A DNA stretch of 10,777 nt. It comes from Prasinococcaceae sp. CCMP 1430. Lineage: Eukaryota; Plantae; Prasinodermophyta. The position numbers were made by a program, and so were the translations under genes. Shown in pieces: positions 1 through 7,658 of the stretch. Below the pieces are notes generated by a model. It saw nothing but the letters and a program-made list of their open reading frames with translations. It was not told the DNA's origin and did not search any database. The number at the start of each line of letters is the position of its first letter. Within the stretch, counting starts at the first letter, position 1. The DNA lies in contig RQSC01000026.1 in the NCBI GenBank assembly GCA_013416795.1, positions 295,841-306,617 of the forward strand, given 5' to 3'.

Positions 1-2
1 CC

Positions 3-1625
3 GGCGACGCGTCCGGCGAGAGCGGCGACATGGAGGAGGCCTTCGGGCGCTGGGGGCGCCGCGTCGCCGACGTCGTCGCGGGGAGGCGTCCGGCGCCGCG
101 CGGTGGCGGCCCCCGCAGGCCGGTCGAGGCGGCCGCCGCGGCGGCCCCTGAGGGCGACGAGGATGGCGACGACGCCGAGGCCGACGAGGAGGACGCCGAG
201 GCCGGCGCGGATGACCAGGGCCTCACGGACCTGGAGGACCTGGGGAAGGGCGCGCGCGCCGCGGCCTCGGGGGGCGCCAAGCAGATCATGGTCACCCCGC
301 TGGTGCGCAAGTCGCTCACGAAGCAAGGCTACAAGGTGGTGGGAAGCCACAGCGGCGTCAAGCTCTGCCGGTGGACCAAGTCGATGCTGCGCGGGCGCGG
401 CGGGTGCTACAAGCACGCCTTCTACGGCATCGCCTCCCACAGGTGCATGGAGACCACCCCATCGCTGGCGTGCTCCTCCAAGTGCACGTTCTGCTGGCGG
501 CACCACTCCAACCCCGTGGGGCGCTCGTGGAAGTGGGAGATGGACCCGCCCGACGAGCTGGTGGCGGGCGTGCTCGAGCAGCACCGCCGCATGATACGCG
601 AGTTCGGCGGCGTGCCCGGCGTGCAGCCGCAGCGCCTCAAGGAGGGCCTGGAGGTCAAGCACTGCGCGCTCAGCCTGGTGGGCGAGCCCATCATGTACCC
701 GGAGATCAACGCCTTCGTGGGCGACCTCCACCGCCGCGGCATCAGCTCCTTCCTCGTGAACAACGCGCAGCACCCCGACCAGCTGGCCAACCTCGTGCCC
801 GTCACGCAGCTCTACGTGTCGGTGGACGCCGCCACCAAGGAGGAGCTCAAGGCGATCGACCGGCCCATCTTCGGCGACTTCTGGGAGCGCATGCTGCGCT
901 GCCTGGAGATCATCCGCGACAAGCGCCAGCGCACGGTCTTCCGCCTGACGCTCGTCAAGGGCTACAACGCGGCGGACGTGAGCGCGTACGCCAGGCTGGT
1001 GGAGATCGGACGGCCCGACATGATCGAGATCAAGGGCGTCACCTACTGCGGCTCGAGCGGCGCGAGCGACCTCAGCATGAAGAACGTGCCGTACCACGAG
1101 GAGGTCAAGAGGTTCGCCGAGGCGCTCTGCGAGGAGTGCGGCTGCGTCGGCGCCGCGTTCGTTGGGGCGCGGCAGGGACGCGGCGAGGGCGGCGGCGGCG
1201 AGGGCGGGGGCGGCGGCGAGGGCGGCGGCGAGAGCGTCGAGGCAGGCCGAGGCGCGGGCGCGGACGGCGGCGAGCTGACGTACGGCATGGCGTGTGAGCA
1301 CGCGCACTCGTGCTGCGTACTCGTCGCCAGCCGCGAGAAGTTCTTCAAGGCCGGCAGGTGGCACACGTGGATCGACTACCAGCGCTTCCAGGAGCTGGTC
1401 GCCGCGGGGGGCACCGACTTCGGCGCGGAGGACTACATGCTCGAGACTCCGGACTGGGCCGTGTACAACTCCGAGGAGGCTGGCTTCGCGCCGGGCGAGA
1501 CTCGCTTCAAAAAGGTGCGGCGGCACAACAAGTCCAAGGCCGGCCCGCCCGGGACGGGGGCGGCCGCGATCGAGGTGGGGGCGGAGGCGGCCCAAAGCGA
1601 GGGGCTCGCCGCCGCGGCGTCGTGA
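3..1625 (+). CDS. TYW1: tRNA wybutosine-synthesizing protein 1 (4-demethylwyosine synthase, radical SAM); 5'-truncated, C-terminal radical-SAM/wyosine-forming part
   Basis: Motifs GYKVVGSHSGVKLCRWTKSMLRGRGGCYKHAFYGIASHRCME (auxiliary-cluster Cys and the Lys of CYK), TPSLAC-SSK-C-TF-C (CxxxCxxC), HCALSLVGEPIMYP, QLYVSVDA, IEIKGVTYCG and ACEHAHSCC. The frame is open from nt 3 (GDASGESGD-MEEAFGRW, resembling the end of the flavodoxin-like domain), so ATG 30 is probably internal. Stop TGA 1623-1625. Confidence 0.96.
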   Translation, partial: GDASGESGDMEEAFGRWGRRVADVVAGRRPAPRGGGPRRPVEAAAAAAPEGDEDGDDAEADEEDAEAGADDQGLTDLEDLGKGARAAASGGAKQIMVTPLVRKSLTKQGYKVVGSHSGVKLCRWTKSMLRGRGGCYKHAFYGIASHRCMETTPSLACSSKCTFCWRHHSNPVGRSWKWEMDPPDELVAGVLEQHRRMIREFGGVPGVQPQRLKEGLEVKHCALSLVGEPIMYPEINAFVGDLHRRGISSFLVNNAQHPDQLANLVPVTQLYVSVDAATKEELKAIDRPIFGDFWERMLRCLEIIRDKRQRTVFRLTLVKGYNAADVSAYARLVEIGRPDMIEIKGVTYCGSSGASDLSMKNVPYHEEVKRFAEALCEECGCVGAAFVGARQGRGEGGGGEGGGGGEGGGESVEAGRGAGADGGELTYGMACEHAHSCCVLVASREKFFKAGRWHTWIDYQRFQELVAAGGTDFGAEDYMLETPDWAVYNSEEAGFAPGETRFKKVRRHNKSKAGPPGTGAAAIEVGAEAAQSEGLAAAAS

Positions 1626-1833
1626 GGGGGGCGTCCGCGCCCTGCGCTCGCTCGCTGGCGCCGGTTGGGCACTCGCCGGTGCGCCCGCTGTATGTGCAAT
1701 TCTTTCCCGCCACTGCGCACGTGAGTGTTCGCGTTCGCGCCCGCAAATCATGTCGCGACGGGCGACAGGGGTCGAACGCTGCGATGCATTTTATCACGCC
1801 CGCGCCCCGCCGGCTGCTGCCGCGCAGGGGTGT

Positions 1834-2422
1834 TTACTGCGCGTGCCTGATGGCGTAGCGCGTGGCCTCCTCGCGGCTCGACACGAAGAGCTCGACGTAT
1901 CGCGTGTTGGCCCCCGAGGTGAGGTCCTTGCGGTTGCACACCATCGCCGCCTGCGACTCCTCCACCGAGGCGAACTCCACGAACGCCTCCCCTGTGGCGC
2001 GCCCGTCCTGCTGCACGCGGATGTGGATGTTGTCCTCCGTGAGCGACCCCGCGAATGCATCGAAGAACTCGATGATTTCGCCCTTGGTGGTGGTGAATGG
2101 GAGCCCGCGCATCTGCGGGCGCGGCGGCGAGGATGGTGCGTGTGTGTGTGGGGGTACACGTTGGTTGTGTGTGTGTGGTGGTTGAGGGAGGAGGGAGGAG
2201 TAAATGGTGTGTGTGTGTGATGGTGTGGGGACCCGCCCGCACGCCGCCGGCCTGCGCGTCGTCGCCCGCGTTGGCGCCCGCGCCGCCAGCGCCGACGACC
2301 TCGCCTCGGCTCAGCGCGAGCGCGGCCTGGCATGCCGCGTAGTAGTCCTGCTTCTTGGCCGAGAACACCTCGATGTACCGGCGGCCCATGTTCTGGCGCG
2401 AGCGCTGCAGCGCGAAATCCGC
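1834..2422 (-). CDS. hnRNP F/H / ESRP-like quasi-RRM RNA-binding protein, last two exons (2422..2237 or 2243; 2112..1834); 5' exons not visible
   Basis: Exon after acceptor CCAACAG (AG 2424-2423) reads ADFALQRSRQNMGRRYIEVFSAKKQDYY (end of a qRRM). Exon after CCGCAG (AG 2114-2113) reads MRGLPFTTTKGEIIEFF...DGRATGEAFVEFAS...RYVELFVSS (complete qRRM). Stop TAA 1836-1834. Confidence 0.9.
2113..2236 (-). other. Intron of the hnRNP F/H-like gene (donor GC at 2236-2235 or GT at 2242-2241; acceptor 2114-2113)
   Basis: CA-rich low-complexity sequence between two qRRM-coding segments that are in different frames, ending in CCGCAG. Both candidate donors give a phase-0 join. Confidence 0.8.
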
Positions 2423-2761
2423 CTGTTGGGTCGGGCGTGGGCGTGGGTTGGTGGGTGGGCGTGCGTGGGTGCGTTGTGCGGTTTGGTAGGCGCGGGCGCG
2501 TGGCGAATGCGCGTTGGGGTGGATGCGCGAGGGCGCGAGCGAGAGGGCGAAGTTAGGGAGGGCGTCAGTGGCGGCGCTCGGAGACGCCTAGGCCGCGATC
2601 GCGCCGCCGTGCCGCGCGCCCGGAACGGGTGCACGCGGTGGCGCGCGCGTCCAGGTTCGCGTGCGCATGCGCGTTCGCGCGGGAGCGCGTCAAAGCGGGC
2701 GCGCGGCAATCGGCTCCGCGCCGCCCGCATTTGGTGTGGGGTGGTGGTGGTGGGAGGGGGG
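2423..2761 (-). other. 3' part of an upstream intron of the hnRNP F/H-like gene, running into the gap
   Basis: Ends CCAACAG at 2423, with branch-like CCACTGAC near 2571-2564 and a C/A-rich tail. No recognisable coding content. Confidence 0.65.
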
Positions 2762-3632
2762 NNNNNNNNNNNNNNNNNNNNNNNNNNNNNNNNNNNNNNN
2801 NNNNNNNNNNNNNNNNNNNNNNNNNNNNNNNNNNNNNNNNNNNNNNNNNNNNNNNNNNNNNNNNNNNNNNNNNNNNNNNNNNNNNNNNNNNNNNNNNNNN
2901 NNNNNNNNNNNNNNNNNNNNNNNNNNNNNNNNNNNNNNNNNNNNNNNNNNNNNNNNNNNNNNNNNNNNNNNNNNNNNNNNNNNNNNNNNNNNNNNNNNNN
3001 NNNNNNNNNNNNNNNNNNNNNNNNNNNNNNNNNNNNNNNNNNNNNNNNNNNNNNNNNNNNNNNNNNNNNNNNNNNNNNNNNNNNNNNNNNNNNNNNNNNN
3101 NNNNNNNNNNNNNNNNNNNNNNNNNNNNNNNNNNNNNNNNNNNNNNNNNNNNNNNNNNNNNNNNNNNNNNNNNNNNNNNNNNNNNNNNNNNNNNNNNNNN
3201 NNNNNNNNNNNNNNNNNNNNNNNNNNNNNNNNNNNNNNNNNNNNNNNNNNNNNNNNNNNNNNNNNNNNNNNNNNNNNNNNNNNNNNNNNNNNNNNNNNNN
3301 NNNNNNNNNNNNNNNNNNNNNNNNNNNNNNNNNNNNNNNNNNNNNNNNNNNNNNNNNNNNNNNNNNNNNNNNNNNNNNNNNNNNNNNNNNNNNNNNNNNN
3401 NNNNNNNNNNNNNNNNNNNNNNNNNNNNNNNNNNNNNNNNNNNNNNNNNNNNNNNNNNNNNNNNNNNNNNNNNNNNNNNNNNNNNNNNNNNNNNNNNNNN
3501 NNNNNNNNNNNNNNNNNNNNNNNNNNNNNNNNNNNNNNNNNNNNNNNNNNNNNNNNNNNNNNNNNNNNNNNNNNNNNNNNNNNNNNNNNNNNNNNNNNNN
3601 NNNNNNNNNNNNNNNNNNNNNNNNNNNNNNNN
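2762..3632. other. Assembly gap (871 N)
   Basis: Run of N. It probably hides the 5' exon(s) of the hnRNP F/H-like gene (inference). Confidence 1.
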
Positions 3633-3686
3633 GCGGCGTGTGTGGCGCGCCGCGCCGCGCCGCCAGCGCGGCGCGCGCCGCCGCCG

Positions 3687-3968
3687 GCCAAAATCGCAGA
3701 ATATGTCATCACACTCCCCCGCGTTTTTTACGCACCAAATGATCTCTCTTTGTGTAATCTGCAGATATCAAATCGATCAGCTTGCCATTGCCAGCGCCAA
3801 CCTCAAACATACAGTAAGGGATCAATCACGCGCCTGCGATTGACGTCTAACTACGCTCGGGCACCCCCATCCAAAAAAAACCTTTTAATTCTGCAGATTA
3901 TACAAAGAGAGACTATTTGCTTAGTCGAAAACGCGGGAGGTTTTGATGACATATTCTGTGATTTCGGC
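3687..3968. repeat. Long imperfect inverted repeat (arms 3687-3765 and 3890-3968, 79 bp each, 124-bp spacer); foldback/MITE-like
   Basis: Manual ungapped alignment of the left arm with the reverse complement of the right arm gives 65/79 identities, including CAGAATATGTCATCA and TCTCTCTTTGT(G/A)TAATCTGCAGA. It sits in an AT-richer island. No target-site duplication recognised. Confidence 0.9.
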
Positions 3969-4832
3969 GGGAAAATGCGGGGGCTGGGCAAATGGCATTT
4001 GACCTAGGATTCCGACCACCCACACACAAAGAATTCCCCCCGAAAATCCGGTGCCGCATTTCCGTTGCGTTTGACCTGCGAAGGACGCCCAACAAAAAAC
4101 GCCATCAAAAGCAAATGGGGGGGCTTCGCCCCAGGCGGCGACCGTGCTTGGTTTGGGTTCGAGCGCGGTCGGCTATGATCATCGATCTCCTCACGAGGGG
4201 GGCGGCTTCAACGTGTTTAGGGTAAGTCTCAAGCTCAATCGTACTTTTGTGTGTCTTTTGACTCAGTTTGTGAACCCTCTTCTGTCGCCTTCACGCGCCA
4301 ATGGGCCTGCGGTGCGGCGCCTCTGCGCTCACGGGGGAGCCGGGGTGCTGCGAGGGAGGACGGATGGGCGCGTGTGTGAGGGGCTCATGTACGTCACGTG
4401 CACCCACGGCGTAGCGCCAGCACGCAGCAGCCGACTGCGCAGTGCGCACGCTCGCGTGCTCGCTCGCGGGCCGCGGCCGCAGGTTGCTGCTGGCTGGCTG
4501 GGGCTGCGTGACGCGACGGCGTCTGGCCACAGACGTGCAGGGGCTGGCCGGGGCTGCGCTGGCTCCCCTTGTTGATGTGAGGTCGCTGCGCCGTCTCTGT
4601 GTGTTGCGGTGCGCTTGTCGGGCGGGCGGGCGTGTGCATGTGCATGGGTCGGTGGCGCGTGCGCAGCACGTGGGCGCGTTGCGGCCCGCGTGGGCGGCCC
4701 ACGACCGTGCGTCGTTTTGGACCTGCGACGCACCGGCGTGGAGCGGGCGGATGACCCTGGTTCGGGGCGGGGCCCCGCCGCGTCCCGGCGCCGACGGCCG
4801 CCCGCGGAGCCAGGAAAACATCCGGGCGCGGG

Positions 4833-4853
4833 GCGCGCGCGCGCGCGCGCGCG
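4833..4853. repeat. (GC)n dinucleotide tract, 21 nt
   Basis: Perfect alternating G/C read directly from the sequence. Confidence 0.95.
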
Positions 4854-4986
4854 ATCCGCGCGAGCGCACCGCGGAAACGTCCGGACATGCGCATCGAAAT
4901 TGTATCTTTCTGCGCATTTTTACCTCGGAATGACTCGTAAGCATGCATCGACGTGATTAAAATGCGGTTTCGTGCGCGCGCGGCCC

Positions 4987-5015
4987 CGCGCGCGCGCGCG
5001 CGCGCGCGCGCGCGC
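4987..5015. repeat. (CG)n dinucleotide tract, 29 nt
   Basis: Perfect alternating C/G read directly from the sequence. Confidence 0.95.
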
Positions 5016-5117
5016 CCGCGGGAAACCGAACCTTCGGTAGACGCGAAATTTCGTTTCCGCGTTTTCGAGTCTACGCGCCTGCGTTTTGCGCGCATTTCGC
5101 GCGCGCGCCCCCGATCG

Positions 5118-5134
5118 GCGCGCGCGCGCGCGCG
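5118..5134. repeat. (GC)n dinucleotide tract, 17 nt
   Basis: Perfect alternating G/C. A second 11-nt tract lies at 5098-5108. Confidence 0.9.
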
Positions 5135-5428
5135 GTCCACACAGTGGCACACACCCCGATCGCGCGCGCCATCCGGGGCAGGAAAAACGCTGTGAGCAGA
5201 GATTTCGAGAGACCATATCCGGAAGATTCCCCTCAGAAATCATCTTAAGATATGGCAATGCGAGTCTCCGGTGGGAGTTTCGGCGCGACGCGCCGCCCGC
5301 GCGCGGAGGCGGGGGTTTGTGGCTGCAGCGCGCGCGCGCAGGCGGCGGCGGCGCAGGTGGGGTGGGAGGGGGAGGGGGAGGGCGGGACGCGAGGGGTGCC
5401 ACATCCGTCACCCACCTCACCGTTCGCC

Positions 5429-6982
5429 ATGGCCTCCAGGTGCGCGAGCGCGCGCGCGAGCGGGCGCTGGGGCGGGAGGGTGCAAGAGTGAGAGAGAGAG
5501 AGAGTTGCGCGGCGGTCGCGAGTGCGCGCGGGCGCGCCGAGGCGCCCGCACTGCGCCGACGCGCCGATTCAAGAATTGGGCGGTACGCCTCGAGCTGCGT
5601 CGGGTGGCCCACTGCGTCGACGCGCCGACGCTGACGCCGACGCCGACGCCGACGCCGCCCCCCCACAGCATGATCGCCTCCACCTTCACCGGCAAGGCCG
5701 TCGCCGCCGCGGCGCGCCCCGCGCGCGCGGCCAAGTCGGCCCGCGCCACCACCGTGTGCGGCGCCTTCGACGCCGAGCTCGTGGAGACGGCGGCGAAGAT
5801 CACCCGCACGGGCTGCGGCATCATGGCCATGGACGAGTCCAACGGCACCTGCGGCCAGCGCCTCGACTCCATCGGCGTGGAGAACACCGAGGAGAACCGC
5901 CAGCGCTACCGCGAGCTGCTCATCACCACCCAGGTACGAGGGCGGCGCACGCGCTCGCGCCGGCGCGCTGGCGCTTTGGGTGCGCCGGCGCGCGTGGCGC
6001 CGGCGAACCCAAGCACCCGCGGTGTCGCACGGCCTCTGACGCTTGCCTCCACCCCCCCACCCCACCCCTTCGCTTTGGGCGATCTCGCGCGATCCCTCAG
6101 GGTCTGGGTGAGTACATCTCGGGCGCCATCCTGTTCGAGGAGACCCTCTACCAGAGCTGCGCGGATGGCACCTCGTTCGTCGATGCGCTGAACGCCAACA
6201 ACATCGTCCCGGGCATCAAGGTCGACACCGGCCTGAAGCCCCTCATCGGCGGCAACGAGGGCGAGTCGTGGTGCTCGGGCCTCGACACCCTCGCCGACCG
6301 CGCTGCGGCGTACTACAAGCAGGGCGCGCGCTTCGCCAAGTGGCGCACGGCCATCAACATCAGCGCCGGCCCCTCGGAGCTCGCCATCGCCGAGGCCGCC
6401 CACGGCCTCGCCCGCTACGGCAAGATCTGCCAGGAGAACGGCCTCGTGCCCATCATCGAGCCGGAGGTCCTCCTCGACGGTGAGCACGACATCGACACCA
6501 CCCTCGCGGTGGCCGAGCGCGTGTGGTCCGCGACCTTCAAGGCCATGCAGGACTCCGGCGTCATGATGGAGGGCATCCTGCTCAAGCCCTCGATGGTCAC
6601 CCCGGCCGCCGACTGCCCGGACCGCGCCGACGCCGACACCATCGCCAAGTACACCCTCGGCATGCTCGGCCGCCGCGTGCCCCCGTCCGTCCCGGGCATC
6701 ATGTTCCTGTCGGGCGGCCAGTCCGAGATGGAGGCCACCATGAACCTCAACGCCATGAACCAGAGCCCCAACCCGTGGCACGTGTCGTTCTCGTACGCGC
6801 GCGCGCTGCAGAACTCGGTGCTGAAGACGTGGCTAGGCAAGGACGAGAACAAGGTCGCCGCGCAGGCCAAGCTCATCGCGCGCGCCAAGGCCAACTCGAT
6901 GGCGCAGCAGGGCAAGTACGACCCGGAGGGCGAGGACGAGTCCGCCACCGAGGGCATGTACGTCAAGAACTACACGTACTAG
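5429..6982 (+). CDS. FBA: Fructose-1,6-bisphosphate aldolase class I, plastid-targeted; exons 5429-5439, 5669-5933, 6101-6982 (385 aa)
   Basis: Spliced product MASSMIASTFTGKAVAAAARPARAAKSARATTVC (Ala/Ser/Thr/Arg-rich transit peptide), then GIMAMDES, RYRELLITTQ|GLGEYISGAILFEETLYQ, PGIKVDTGL, GARFAKWR, PIIEPEV, GILLKPSMV (Schiff-base Lys), FLSGGQSE, SFSYARALQ and C-terminal GMYVKNYTY. Splice sites AG|GTGCGC...CACAG and CAG|GTACGA...CTCAG keep the frame. Confidence 0.96.
5440..5668 (+). other. Aldolase intron 1 (229 nt, phase 2)
   Basis: GTGCGC donor, CTGAC at 5631-5635, CCCCACAG acceptor. Contains a (GA)n tract at about 5490-5504 and a hexamer array at 5623-5658. Confidence 0.85.
5934..6100 (+). 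other. Aldolase intron 2 (167 nt, phase 0)
   Basis: GTACGA donor, CTCTGAC at 6034-6040, CCCTCAG acceptor. Removal joins two aldolase-homologous ORFs in frame. Confidence 0.95.
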
Positions 6983-7215
6983 ATGGTCGAATTCCTCGGT
7001 CAGCTGGGGCGTGGTGTGCGGCGAGGCCCACCGCTTCGACGTGAGCTTTGCTTTTAAGTGAGTTTTGCGCACCTTCACCTGCCCGATCGCCGCGGCGCTG
7101 CCACCACGCCGCAGCCGAAGACGCGTCGACGTACGTGTGCAGCTTGCTGCGAGCGCGCCGCTAGCGAGCCCCCCCCGTCGCTGCGCTCGGAACGGCGCTC
7201 GCGCCTCGCCGATCT

Positions 7216-7613
7216 CTACTCAATGGAGCTGTGCTGGTATCCCCCTGACGGCGGGGTAGGTAGGCCGCGCAGCAACGGGCGTCAGCGATCAGCGCGCGTT
7301 GGAGTAGGCGCCGCAGGCATGGGTCGGTGAGGGGGGCGGCGATGGGCGGGTTGGGGGCTGTTGGTGCGCGCGCTCTCGCGTCCCGGCCCGCGCTTTGGTG
7401 CAGGTCGGTGCAGGAGGGGAAGGGTGGCAGGGAAGGGGGGAGATCGGTGCGCTCTCGCGATCGCGCTCTCGCGACCGCGCTGCTCGCACCGTCGCCCTTC
7501 TCCGCGAGCTTCTTCATCTTCTTCTTTCCGAGCTTCTTCTGTGGCTTCCGTGGGTACTCCTGCGGCATCGCCCGCAGCGCGGCGCGCGGCGTCAGCGAGC
7601 GAGCGCGCCGGGA

Positions 7614-7658
<45 letters not shown>

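Noticed and set aside
3943-3961. C/D snoRNA (TGATGA)
   Set aside because: No matching CTGA D box with terminal stem. The motif is part of the inverted-repeat arm.
2204-4007. Long ORFs spanning the N gap
   Set aside because: Artefacts of translating N as X. The flanks are low-complexity with no recognisable domain.
4100-4175. tRNA/SINE-like element (GGTTCGAG B-box-like)
   Set aside because: Imperfect B box, no A box at a proper spacing and no cloverleaf.
4214-4227. GTTTAGGGT (minus strand ACCCTAAAC) as a telomerase RNA template or telo-box; overlapping GGTAAGT donor-like site
   Set aside because: A single 9-nt match with no recognisable promoter, pseudoknot or flanking exon. It can arise by chance.
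5522-6100. N-terminal 193 aa of the 486-aa ORF 5522-6982
   Set aside because: Not aldolase. The true N-terminus is in another frame and is joined by intron 5934-6100.
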